Sequence record: OP197928
Source of the DNA: Shigella phage A2
Direction: 5' to 3' (one strand)
DNA: 64,000 bases
Position 1 is the first letter of the stretch. Each line of letters starts with the position of its first letter. The notes under the pieces were generated by a model. The model was not told the DNA's origin, did no database searches, and saw only the letters and a program-made list of their open reading frames with translations. Positions 1 to 7,593 of this stretch are shown piece after piece. The position numbers and the translations under genes are program-made.

Positions 1-305
1 CAATTTCTGAACATCTCATGCTCTACTGGAATCGTATAATAAAATAACTGTAAGTCTTTATTACTAGAATATTTAAATACACCTAGGTCTTCTAGAAGGT
101 CTGGATTATAATTGCTAAAACCGGTCTCTTCTAAGCATTCTCTTTTTGCAGCTTCCAGTGCATTCAAATCAGAACTTTCTACACGCCCCTTTGGAATATC
201 CCAACGATGTGCCATCATTCCAGACTTACGAGAACCAGTAACTCGTCCCATAAATAAATCTTTATCTTCTGTCATAAAGATAATACCAGCTGATAATGTT
301 TTCAT
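1..305 (-). CDS. nudE: Nudix hydrolase, N-terminal part; gene runs off the window start
   Basis: ATG at 305..303 on minus strand; hand translation MKTLSAGIIFMTEDKDLFMGRVTGSRKSGMMAHRWDIPKGRVESSDLNALEAAKRECLEETGF... contains a Nudix-box-like motif (G..E x7 REC.EE.GF). Absent from ORF track because truncated; overlaps upstream stop as ATGA. Confidence 0.8.
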   Translation of the reverse strand, partial: MKTLSAGIIFMTEDKDLFMGRVTGSRKSGMMAHRWDIPKGRVESSDLNALEAAKRECLEETGFSNYNPDLLEDLGVFKYSSNKDLQLFYYTIPVEHEMFRN

Positions 306-790
306 TTTAATTTCCTGCATTCAGTGATAAAATTATTTAAATTTTGAGTATATTTCTTTTCATCAAAAATCTTTTGCTGTCTACGTAACCGCCATGGCAT
401 TTCAATGAACACGCACCATATTCCTGATAGTACTGCTGCTGTAAAAATATTAACAAGTATAATTAAAAGAATCCAATCTTCCGTTCTGCCTACTGGACTT
501 TCTCCAAAGAAGCAAAATACAAATGATGTCACAGGAAAACTAATAATATACCACAGAATAACCTTCTTATCTGTGAACCAATCAGCGTTCGTTAACTTAG
601 CACGACCATTTTGAATACACACGAATTTATCATCTGTTACAGTAGATGGCTTAACTGCTTGATATCCCATTCTAAACTCCCTAATTAATCGTTTCTTTGT
701 ATCTTCAGAACAGCCGCTCCAGTCAACTCTATCGACTGAAATGCCATCGTCCCCATCATCTAAATCATACCAGCGAGTTTTTAAAATCAT
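302..790 (-). CDS. hypothetical membrane protein (positional equivalent of T4 e.2)
   Basis: 162-aa ORF with hydrophobic segment WILLIILVNIFTAAVLSGIWCVF; ATGA overlap with nudE. Confidence 0.6.
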   Translation of the reverse strand: MILKTRWYDLDDGDDGISVDRVDWSGCSEDTKKRLIREFRMGYQAVKPSTVTDDKFVCIQNGRAKLTNADWFTDKKVILWYIISFPVTSFVFCFFGESPVGRTEDWILLIILVNIFTAAVLSGIWCVFIEMPWRLRRQQKIFDEKKYTQNLNNFITECRKLK

Positions 791-1161
791 TTGATTTTCC
801 TACAATCATTCACGAATTCTTTCATTGATTCATTTTCAATATAAGACATGTAGTTATTATATTCTTTTAATTGTATTTTGTAATCCTTTTTTCTTTGCCA
901 ATTTATTTTAAAATTATCATAATGAAAATATAAAATGATACTAAAGAATGAAAATAATGAAATTGCTATAGTATAATGAAGTTCACTCCAAACTTCTATT
1001 ATATCTACTATACCGCTGACGTTACTGCGGATGTTTAAAATAATACAGTCAATCATTAATCCAATAAGACTACCAGCAAGAGCTGCAGCCAACGCCACAG
1101 CAAAAATTAAAAATGACTCAGAAAAAGAATATTTGACTTTATTTAGTTTTGGCTTTTGCAT
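787..1161 (-). CDS. hypothetical membrane protein (e.3 position)
   Basis: 124-aa ORF, hydrophobic stretch LIFAVALAAALAGSLIGLMIDCIIL; 4-nt overlap with downstream gene. Confidence 0.6.
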   Translation of the reverse strand: MQKPKLNKVKYSFSESFLIFAVALAAALAGSLIGLMIDCIILNIRSNVSGIVDIIEVWSELHYTIAISLFSFFSIILYFHYDNFKINWQRKKDYKIQLKEYNNYMSYIENESMKEFVNDCRKIK

Positions 1162-1886
1162 CGTGATTCCTTAACAAATTTCATAATTTCATTAAATTCA
1201 TACACATTTAGTTTAAGCTGGTGTTCCTTTTTAATCTTTTTACACTGAGCTTTCCATTCACGTACACGTTTACGATAATGCCTTCCTTGATACCAATATC
1301 CTACCCAATTTACAGGTACCAATAAAAATGGAACTACTAATGGAAGAATTAATACTAACAAAAATATTACGCCAGATTCAATATCAGTCATAAAGTCTAT
1401 AACCATTCCAACAATCAATAGAATTACAAATGATATAGCTGTCACAGGACCTATTAATACATCAGTAGGAATTAGCTGACGCTTTAGTTCATACTTCACA
1501 GGTTCACTTGGAAGGTATAGTAAATTTGACTTTTGTAAATTACGTTTAAACCATGCGTCACTTAAACTATAAACGCCAAGATAATCATAATCGTCGTTTA
1601 AATAACAAACCGTCCATTCAGGAGAAATGAAATCAGTAAATTCAACATCAAAATCACATGTCAATGAATGAATTGATTCAATACTTTTAATGAGTATTCC
1701 AGGACGTATTAAAGACTTTTTACCTTTATAAAATCCAGAAAGACTTTCATCAGTTTCATATGAAGACCCCCAATAGTAATTACGTCCTTCTGCCATACGT
1801 TTAAGAGCATTTAGTAATTGATCTGGAACATCAACCTGTCTTTGGAACTCTTCAAACATTGAATTGAAATCACTTTGCATTTTCAT
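1143..1886 (-). CDS. hypothetical membrane protein (e.4 position)
   Basis: 247-aa ORF with long hydrophobic region VTAISFVILLIVGMVIDF...FLLVLILPLVVPFLLVPV. Confidence 0.6.
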   Translation of the reverse strand: MKMQSDFNSMFEEFQRQVDVPDQLLNALKRMAEGRNYYWGSSYETDESLSGFYKGKKSLIRPGILIKSIESIHSLTCDFDVEFTDFISPEWTVCYLNDDYDYLGVYSLSDAWFKRNLQKSNLLYLPSEPVKYELKRQLIPTDVLIGPVTAISFVILLIVGMVIDFMTDIESGVIFLLVLILPLVVPFLLVPVNWVGYWYQGRHYRKRVREWKAQCKKIKKEHQLKLNVYEFNEIMKFVKESRCKSQN

Positions 1887-1906
1887 TCCTATTTACTCCA
1901 AGTAAT

Positions 1907-1922
1907 AGGGGCCGAAGCCCCT
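1907..1922 (-). terminator. UUCG-tetraloop hairpin between e.5-like and e.4-like genes (first identical copy)
   Basis: aggggccgaagcccct; on minus RNA AGGGGC-UUCG-GCCCCU. Confidence 0.5.
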
Positions 1923-1927
1923 TATCA

Positions 1928-2521
1928 TTATTTCAGAGAATTAATGTATTCCTGAACATCGGCAGAGGTAGTTTCAACCCCAGAAATATTGCCATTAAAG
2001 GTTTCAACTCGAGCAAGAGTATCTTCAATATCAACCTTAGTCAGTGCTGCAATTTCAACTACATCATCAGCAGTACTAATTCCGAGGGCATTCGCAGCAC
2101 GAGTTTCACGGATATATTCCAATTTAACTGCAAGTTCTTGGCGAGCATCATCTAACTCAACTACTTTCTTGGCGATTTCAATTCGCATTTCAGCATAACC
2201 ATCAGCTTTAGTAGTCAACTGCTCAGCTGTTCGACGATATAGTAAACCAAGTTTAGCATGCATTGTTACATCTTGACCTTCCGAAAGAAGCTTGCGAATT
2301 TCACGCTCTTTTGATTCGGCCTGCTTATTCTTTTCGACAATAAGTTCACGAATACGCTTTTCTTCATTAATAGATTTAACAGAAGCAGTTTTTAGATCTT
2401 TAATTTTATCAAGCAATTTTGCTGCTGCGGCAGTATACTGCTCTTCAACAGATAGATTTTTAGCCATAGCAGAACCAAGTTTAGTGCGAATAAACTCAAC
2501 AATTTTCTTCAGTGTGTTCAT
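1928..2521 (-). CDS. hypothetical coiled-coil protein (weak PspA/IM30-like character; e.5 position)
   Basis: 197-aa ORF, K/E/A-rich heptad-like sequence throughout; no catalytic motif seen. Confidence 0.6.
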
Positions 2522-2578
2522 AGTATTTCCTTAGGTTGGTATAATTAGATAATATCACGTTTCTAATAGATTGTAAAC

Positions 2579-2914
2579 TTATTCTTCGTCTAGCTCGTCG
2601 ATAAAGGCGTCGATGGCCTCGACAACGGCATCATTGATAGCCAATAAAATAAAATCATCGTCAGTACCTTTAGAAGATTTTAAAGCATTGATATATGCTT
2701 GGTTGGCGAGTTCCCAAGCCTTTTTAAAATAAGGAGCTTCATCATCGGGGCCAACGAAACGTACGCCTTCAAAGATACGGTTAGCATAATCCAATACCCA
2801 CTGTACAGGCATGTTTTGAGAACGTTCGTTAAACTCTTTAAATTCCTTAGATTCAAAAAGCTCTTCAGGATAATCATTTCTATTACAAAAAGCTTTACTA
2901 AAGTTACGTTTCAT
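2579..2914 (-). CDS. hypothetical protein (e.6 position)
   Basis: 111-aa ORF in minus-strand early-gene array. Confidence 0.55.
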   Translation of the reverse strand: MKRNFSKAFCNRNDYPEELFESKEFKEFNERSQNMPVQWVLDYANRIFEGVRFVGPDDEAPYFKKAWELANQAYINALKSSKGTDDDFILLAINDAVVEAIDAFIDELDEE

Positions 2915-2958
2915 AATGTTTTCCTTGTGATGATAAGTCTATAGTAACGCCTTCATAC

Positions 2959-3123
2959 TTAGATGTAAACTATTTCAACATCGCCTTTTGCTGCTTTATA
3001 ACCTTCAGCCCAAGATACAACCGAGTTTTTATCTGAAGATTCAAATTCTGGCATTGGGCTTTCGCCAATGTTCACGCAGTATGTTTCTTCATTTTCGTCG
3101 AACCAAATAATTAAAGTAGTCAT
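2959..3123 (-). CDS. hypothetical small protein (54 aa; e.7 position)
   Basis: Hand-translated: ATG at 3123..3121, MTTLIIWFDENEETYCVNIGESPMPEFESSDKNSVVSWAEGYKAAKGDVEIVYI, stop at 2959; below ORF-track size cutoff. Confidence 0.45.
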   Translation of the reverse strand: MTTLIIWFDENEETYCVNIGESPMPEFESSDKNSVVSWAEGYKAAKGDVEIVYI

Positions 3124-3191
3124 TTATTTCTCCGTTTCTGTATTTGTTTTGATAAGTCTATAATAACACCATCCTTGGTGTTTGTACACAA

Positions 3192-3518
3192 TTATTTCAT
3201 ATTATTGAAATATTCTTCTGCGATTTCATCGTTATCATGGTAAACTTTAGAAGACAGTTTAACATAACCTTCAGCAGTGAACATATTAATCACAACCTTT
3301 ACAGTATACCACTGACCATCTTCATTACCCATTACTGCATAGGTTTCAAACATCGGATGGTCAGGACCGATAACTTTAATATCATTCACTGTACGACCGA
3401 AATCTTCTGAAACACATTTCATAAAGAAGTTGAACAGCTCACCGTAATTATCCATTTCATTCTCCAAGTTGTTTTCTGTATCAGTAGTTGATAGTTGTAT
3501 AGTACCATGGAAGGACAA
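3192..3518 (-). CDS. hypothetical protein (e.8 position)
   Basis: 108-aa ORF. Confidence 0.55.
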   Translation of the reverse strand: MSFHGTIQLSTTDTENNLENEMDNYGELFNFFMKCVSEDFGRTVNDIKVIGPDHPMFETYAVMGNEDGQWYTVKVVINMFTAEGYVKLSSKVYHDNDEIAEEYFNNMK

Positions 3519-3660
3519 GGATGTAAACTGTTTTGTGAAAAAATTTTTAAAAAGTTTTGGGGAATTCTAGGGCAGGGAGGGGAAATCAAAGGATAGGATA
3601 ATATATTATAAAGGGTAGAAACTAAATGATGCCTAGAGAGGCCCGGAAAGGCCTAGATAC

Positions 3661-3686
3661 CAAAAACCCCTATCATTTAGATAGGG
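3661..3686 (-). terminator. hairpin (ccctatc/gataggg stem) followed by U-tract on minus-strand RNA
   Basis: 7-bp perfect inverted repeat 3668-3674/3680-3686, loop attta; minus RNA continues GUUUUUG; lies just downstream of IP-like gene 3695..4258. Confidence 0.5.
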
Positions 3687-3694
3687 ATTTAAAA

Positions 3695-4258
3695 TTATTT
3701 ACCTAGTTTAGTTATTATAGCTTCTGCGGCAGCTTTTAGCTTAGATGCGGTGTTAATACGATTTTTAATTTCAGTATACGCATCGCCAAGAACATCAAGG
3801 CTATCAGAATAAACACTTACACTATTGCGTTCGCTATTTGAAATAGAACCTTTAGTTTTACGTTCAAAATCGGTGTACACGTCTTGAAGATCACGGGCTG
3901 CCTTCTTTGCATCATCCAATGCATCAAGAGCTTTATTCAAAGCATTAACATATTTTTTAGTGTCGAACATATTCTTAGAAATTTTAACAGGTGCACGTTC
4001 AGGAGTAGCTAAGGCAGATTTAGGAACCTGAGCGCCAGATGCCAATTTCTTAGAAATTTTGAAAAATGCTTTATTGAAACTATTTTCTTGACTCATCGTA
4101 AAAGAACTATTATCAATGTTATACATTTCAATAGCTTTAGCTTTCCACTTAAGAAAATCGCCACGGTCTTTTGGGTCCAAGTGGAAGAATACTTTAGTAA
4201 GATCTGCTTCAGATGGTAATTTTGCTGCTTCGGTTAAAAATTCGGCGTAGGTTTTCAT
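3695..4258 (-). CDS. internal-protein-like head protein with capsid targeting sequence (IP family)
   Basis: 187 aa; N-terminus MKTYAEFLTE|A matches the T4 internal-protein capsid targeting sequence (MKTYQEFIAE, gp21 protease site after L/I-x-E). Confidence 0.7.
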   Translation of the reverse strand: MKTYAEFLTEAAKLPSEADLTKVFFHLDPKDRGDFLKWKAKAIEMYNIDNSSFTMSQENSFNKAFFKISKKLASGAQVPKSALATPERAPVKISKNMFDTKKYVNALNKALDALDDAKKAARDLQDVYTDFERKTKGSISNSERNSVSVYSDSLDVLGDAYTEIKNRINTASKLKAAAEAIITKLGK

Positions 4259-4339
4259 TTAAAATCCTTGAAATAATTTATTGGTTATTAATTATTTATC
4301 ACGTTGTTATATGTAACAGCATTCTCCGAGCGATTCAAA

Positions 4340-4369
4340 CTAAAAAGCCCCAACCTTTCTGTCGGGGCT
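4340..4369 (-). terminator. rho-independent terminator downstream of IP-like gene
   Basis: Minus RNA: AGCCCCGACAGAAAGGUUGGGGCU followed by UUUUUAG; the 20-mer ctaaaaagccccaacctttc recurs at 4896-4915. Confidence 0.7.
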
Positions 4370-4376
4370 AAGAATG

Positions 4377-4850
4377 TTATTTAATTTGCTTAGCAGACCA
4401 AATGCGGTCTTTGATAATTTTTTGGATGTCTTCAACATACTCAAGAGAGTGAACATGTGGGTTATCTTTGAAACTATAAGCACGAGCTAGCTTTTGGCCT
4501 TCAGTTTTGATTACTAAAAGCTCTTTAAGGATAGCTTCATATTTGGAGATAATTCCTTTAACAATATTTTTCTCTTGTGCGACTTTAGGATCTGCTTTAG
4601 GAGCAGGTTTACCCGAAGCCTTTGCAAAAGCAGCGCCAGTAGCAACTAAACTTTTCCAGGCCATACTAACTGCATTTCCCGTAAATCCTTCCGCTTTCAT
4701 GTCGCGTGCGAACTGGAATCGCGATTCATCAGAAGCATCTTTGTAAGAATATTTACCCGCTGCAATGGCTGCTTTTGCGACAGCTTGAATTTCGGTGCTA
4801 GATGCTTCATTTAACACCGCTTCATTTAAAAATTGAGTATATGATTTCAT
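4377..4850 (-). CDS. internal-protein-like head protein with capsid targeting sequence (IP family)
   Basis: 157 aa; N-terminus MKSYTQFLNE|A = CTS-like; A/K-rich body. Confidence 0.7.
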   Translation of the reverse strand: MKSYTQFLNEAVLNEASSTEIQAVAKAAIAAGKYSYKDASDESRFQFARDMKAEGFTGNAVSMAWKSLVATGAAFAKASGKPAPKADPKVAQEKNIVKGIISKYEAILKELLVIKTEGQKLARAYSFKDNPHVHSLEYVEDIQKIIKDRIWSAKQIK

Positions 4851-4887
4851 CTTATTTCCTGTTTTAATTTGTAGATTTAATATACTT

Positions 4888-4895
4888 ATTTATAC
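4888..4895 (-). promoter_or_regulatory. T4-type late promoter TATAAATA (minus strand) upstream of IP-like gene 4377..4850
   Basis: plus-strand tatttata = TATAAATA on minus, about 40 nt upstream of ATG at 4850. Confidence 0.5.
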
Positions 4896-4925
4896 TAAAA
4901 AGCCCCAACCTTTCGGCTGGGGCTA
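4896..4925 (-). terminator. rho-independent terminator closing the tRNA/stable-RNA transcription unit
   Basis: Minus RNA: AGCCCCAGCCGAAAGGUUGGGGCU + UUUUUAG; near-duplicate of terminator at 4340-4369. Confidence 0.65.
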
Positions 4926-4976
4926 AGCCTTGCGGCAACCTTGTCGGGGTTCCACCTGCTAAGGCAAGTGTTTGTA

Positions 4977-5068
4977 CGAAACGCCGGGATTCGAACCCGG
5001 TTATCAAGCAGTTGACGCTACTCAATATTTTTAAAAGGCCATATCTCGACCATATCCGAACGTTCCGT
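4977..5068 (-). ncRNA. tRNA-like element / stable small RNA (resembles T4 species-1/2 RNA; not a canonical tRNA)
   Basis: Minus strand has a perfect T-arm CCGGG-UUCGAAU-CCCGG (4987-5003 region) and a 7-bp acceptor-like pairing CGGAACG/CGUUUCG (5062-5068 with 4978-4984), but a 60-nt body with no recognisable anticodon arm and no CCA. Confidence 0.4.
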
Positions 5069-5235
5069 CAAAAACGCTACTCGGCTTACGGCAAAGATAT
5101 TTCCTCGAATCGATAATTCGGTGCGCCGTTTCTGCTGTGATATAAGGGGACATTAACAAATCATAAAGATTTATTAATGCCAGTCCTTAAACAGGGAACA
5201 TCAGTCCGACGACTTACCGGTAGCGACCCGGTTTC

Positions 5236-5586
5236 TTAATATTCTTTTAAAGCATCAATCTGTTCACGGCGTTTACGCCATAAATCAATTGCTTCATACG
5301 CAGATTCAGCATTTCGAATTAGCCGGCATTTATGTAAAGACTTATGATTTTGATATTGTGTAGATAATGGAATTGTATCTAAAAGGTCTTTACGATCAAA
5401 GTATTCGTAACCATCTAAACCAAATGAACGATTTTTGAGAAATTGCCAATGGCCAAATTCATTTTCAACATAAACATAATCTGCATGCTGATAAAGTAAA
5501 TTAATTACACGTTCAGAAATAACAGTATCATTATGATTAAAATAGAATGTTAAATCATGAACTACTAAATAAACATTACCTTTCAT
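5236..5586 (-). CDS. hypothetical protein embedded in the tRNA/stable-RNA operon
   Basis: 116-aa ORF between tRNA-Arg and the tRNA-like RNA; no recognisable motif (no GIY-YIG/HNH signature). Confidence 0.5.
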   Translation of the reverse strand: MKGNVYLVVHDLTFYFNHNDTVISERVINLLYQHADYVYVENEFGHWQFLKNRSFGLDGYEYFDRKDLLDTIPLSTQYQNHKSLHKCRLIRNAESAYEAIDLWRKRREQIDALKEY

Positions 5587-5602
5587 ATTTTCCTCACTTA
5601 AT

Positions 5603-5678
5603 TGGTCGAGGCAGTAGGGATCGAACCTACGACCTAGGACTTAGAAGGTCCTTGCTCTTCCTTCTGAGCTATGCCCCG
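5603..5678 (-). tRNA. tRNA-Arg (anticodon UCU)
   Basis: Hand-folded cloverleaf on minus strand: acceptor CGGGGCA/UGCCUCG, anticodon loop CUUCUAA, T-loop GGUUCGAUCC, encoded CCA. Confidence 0.85.
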
Positions 5679-5682
5679 TAAT

Positions 5683-5758
5683 TGGGGTGACCGATGGGAG
5701 TCGAACCCATGACTACGAGAATCACAATCTCGAGTTCTACCAACTGAACTACGGCCAC
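5683..5758 (-). tRNA. tRNA-His (anticodon GUG)
   Basis: Acceptor GUGGCCG/CGGUCAC, anticodon stem CGAGA/UCUCG, loop UUGUGAU, T-arm AUGGG-UUCGACU-CCCAU, discriminator C + CCA; no encoded G(-1). Confidence 0.75.
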
Positions 5759-5872
5759 ATTAATATCTACTCCAACAATCATGATGTCTTCACACGAAAT
5801 TAAGAGAAGAGTGATCAGTTCAACCCCTATAATCGCGTCAAGTAGATATTAATGTGACAGTTGTCACAAATT

Positions 5873-5947
5873 TGGCGGACGTGATAGGATTCGAACCTAT
5901 AACCAATCGCTTAACAGGCGATCGCTCTGCCATTGAGCTACACATCC
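5873..5947 (-). tRNA. tRNA-Asn (anticodon GUU)
   Basis: Acceptor GGAUGUG/CACGUCC, anticodon stem AUCGC/GCGAU, loop CUGUUAA, T-loop UUCGAAU, CCA encoded. Confidence 0.8.
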
Positions 5948-5951
5948 AAAT

Positions 5952-6038
5952 TGGTGGGGAGTGGTGGAGTCGAACCACCCGAGTCGCAATGACAATGGAT
6001 TTACAGTCCACACCGCTACCTCTACGGGATAACTCCCC
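5952..6038 (-). tRNA. tRNA-Tyr (anticodon GUA), class II with long variable arm
   Basis: 87 nt; acceptor GGGGAGU/ACUCCCC perfect, anticodon loop CUGUAAA, T-arm GGUGG-UUCGACU-CCACC, CCA encoded. Confidence 0.8.
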
Positions 6039-6051
6039 TTAATTCTTAATT

Positions 6052-6126
6052 TGGTGGCCCTGGGTGGAATTGAACCACCATCTGGCGATTATGAGTCGCT
6101 TGCTTGAACCTTCCAGCTACAGGGCC
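6052..6126 (-). tRNA. tRNA with CAU anticodon (Ile2/lysidine type as in T4, or elongator Met)
   Basis: Acceptor GGCCCUG/CAGGGCC, anticodon loop CUCAUAA, T-arm GGUGG-UUCAAUU-CCACC, CCA encoded. Confidence 0.8.
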
Positions 6127-6127
6127 T

Positions 6128-6203
6128 TGGTGCTGATTGACGGAATCGAACCGCCGACCTTCTCATTACAAGTGAGTTGCTCTACCTACTGAGCTAAATC
6201 AGC
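6128..6203 (-). tRNA. tRNA-Thr (anticodon UGU)
   Basis: Acceptor GCUGAUU/AAUCAGC, anticodon loop CUUGUAA, T-loop UUCGAUU, CCA encoded; 1-nt spacer to neighbour. Confidence 0.85.
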
Positions 6204-6208
6204 AAAAC

Positions 6209-6298
6209 TGGCGGAGGCGATAGGATTTGAACCTATGAGTCGCCGGAGCGACTGCCGGTTTTCAAGACCGGTGCATTAAACCACTCTGCCACGCCTCC
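6209..6298 (-). tRNA. tRNA-Ser (anticodon UGA), class II
   Basis: 90 nt; acceptor GGAGGCG/CGCCUCC, anticodon stem CCGGU/ACCGG loop CUUGAAA, long variable arm, T-loop UUCAAAU, CCA encoded. Confidence 0.85.
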
Positions 6299-6300
6299 AG

Positions 6301-6374
6301 TCTCCATACAAGGATTTGAACCTTGGACCTCCTGATCCCAAATCAGGCGCTCTACCAAACTGAGCTACACGGAG
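6301..6374 (-). tRNA. tRNA-Pro (anticodon UGG)
   Basis: Acceptor CUCCGUG/UAUGGAG (two G-U pairs), anticodon loop UUUGGGA, T-loop UUCAAAU; CCA not encoded. Confidence 0.8.
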
Positions 6375-6384
6375 TAAATTAAAT

Positions 6385-6458
<74 letters not shown>

Positions 6459-6463
6459 AAATT

Positions 6464-6550
6464 TGGTGCGAGAAGTGGGACTCGAACCCACAAGGAAATC
6501 ATTCCGCAGCATTTTAAGTGCTGTGCCTTTACCAATTTGACCATTCTCGC
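6464..6550 (-). tRNA. tRNA-Leu (anticodon UAA), class II
   Basis: 87 nt; acceptor GCGAGAA/UUCUCGC, anticodon stem CAGCA/UGCUG loop CUUAAAA, long variable arm, T-loop UUCGAGU, CCA encoded. Confidence 0.85.
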
Positions 6551-6551
6551 G

Positions 6552-6624
6552 CTGGGAATAAAGGACTCGAACCTTTGCATCCTGGAATCAAAATCCAGTG
6601 CCTTACCAACTTGGCTAATTCCCA
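6552..6624 (-). tRNA. tRNA-Gln (anticodon UUG)
   Basis: Acceptor UGGGAAU/AUUCCCA, anticodon stem CUGGA/UCCAG loop UUUUGAU, T-loop UUCGAGU; CCA not encoded; first gene of the array (promoter-proximal). Confidence 0.85.
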
Positions 6625-6721
6625 ATTATTAACAAAGGCTCTTAAGCAAGAACCCTTGATGATAGAGGGTATTAATCAGTGCGATATGAGTTAATAATAA
6701 CAAATAATTCTTAAAGCATAT

Positions 6722-7015
6722 TTACCATTTATGATAATACATATTTACGATGCATTCAAGACCCAAAGGATTCTTGAAAATATCATATTCAAGAGGACCT
6801 TTTTCTGTTTCAATAAAGAAATCAAAATTTACTGTATTAAATTTACGGTCTTCCTTTACTAATTTAACTTGTGAAGATGAACGGTCAATGTAAACCTTTT
6901 CAACTTCAAAATATGTTAAAATGCCATAATCATCAATCAAGGCTTTAGCCGCGTCTTGATCATATTTATATCCATTTTCAATGGACGATACTTTCGCATA
7001 AAGAATCATTATCAA
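6722..7015 (-). CDS. hypothetical protein
   Basis: 97-aa ORF; ATGA overlap with next gene. Confidence 0.5.
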   Translation of the reverse strand: MIMILYAKVSSIENGYKYDQDAAKALIDDYGILTYFEVEKVYIDRSSSQVKLVKEDRKFNTVNFDFFIETEKGPLEYDIFKNPLGLECIVNMYYHKW

Positions 7016-7392
7016 CCTTCATCAACAATAGTATGCGTATTGGCATTTACGATTTGCCACCAGTCGAAACGATTAGAACCATACATCGGTTTATTTTCAT
7101 TTTCTTTGATAATGTCACGGAGTTCATCTTCGGTAGCGGCTTTCGCGATTAAATCAGCATATCCACCGCGAGGATAATAATTATCACCTGCAAAAAGTAA
7201 AAAGTTCGGTTTAATATTATTGAACTCTTCAAGAGTAATAACTTTTCCTGTCGGATGAACAATCTCTACATATTTATATCCTAATTTTTGAGCAGCATCT
7301 ACTGCTTCAAGCAGGGTATCATGAGCCCATCCAATTTGGCAATCTGGCTTTTCAGATGGATTAGCCTGATAATCCGCGTACACTTTATACAT
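7012..7392 (-). CDS. hypothetical protein
   Basis: Track ORF is 139 aa from 7431; preferred start is the internal ATG at 7392 (MYKVYADY..., 126 aa), which has SD AGGTGA 8 nt upstream and overlaps the upstream stop instead of its coding region. Confidence 0.5.
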   Translation of the reverse strand: MYKVYADYQANPSEKPDCQIGWAHDTLLEAVDAAQKLGYKYVEIVHPTGKVITLEEFNNIKPNFLLFAGDNYYPRGGYADLIAKAATEDELRDIIKENENKPMYGSNRFDWWQIVNANTHTIVDEG

Positions 7393-7393
7393 T

Positions 7394-7579
7394 CTATTCA
7401 CCTTTAGAAATTTTATCCATAACGATAGCAATTAAACCAATTAAAAATGCTACTACAAGTGAAAAAACATTTTCTGCTGTAGTCAATAATCCGCATATAA
7501 ATCCAACAAACATTGAAAAACTAAAAGCGGAAGCAGAAATTGCAATAGCAACATTTCGAATTAATTCACAACGTTTCAT
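7394..7579 (-). CDS. hypothetical small membrane protein
   Basis: 61 aa, almost entirely hydrophobic (AIAISASAFSFSMFVGFICGLL...VVAFLIGLIAIV). Confidence 0.45.
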   Translation of the reverse strand: MKRCELIRNVAIAISASAFSFSMFVGFICGLLTTAENVFSLVVAFLIGLIAIVMDKISKGE

Positions 7580-7593
7580 TTTATTCTCCTCGG

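Noticed and set aside
112-327. 71-aa plus-strand ORF at the window start
   Set aside because: Overlaps and is antisense to the Nudix hydrolase reading frame, which has a clear Nudix box.
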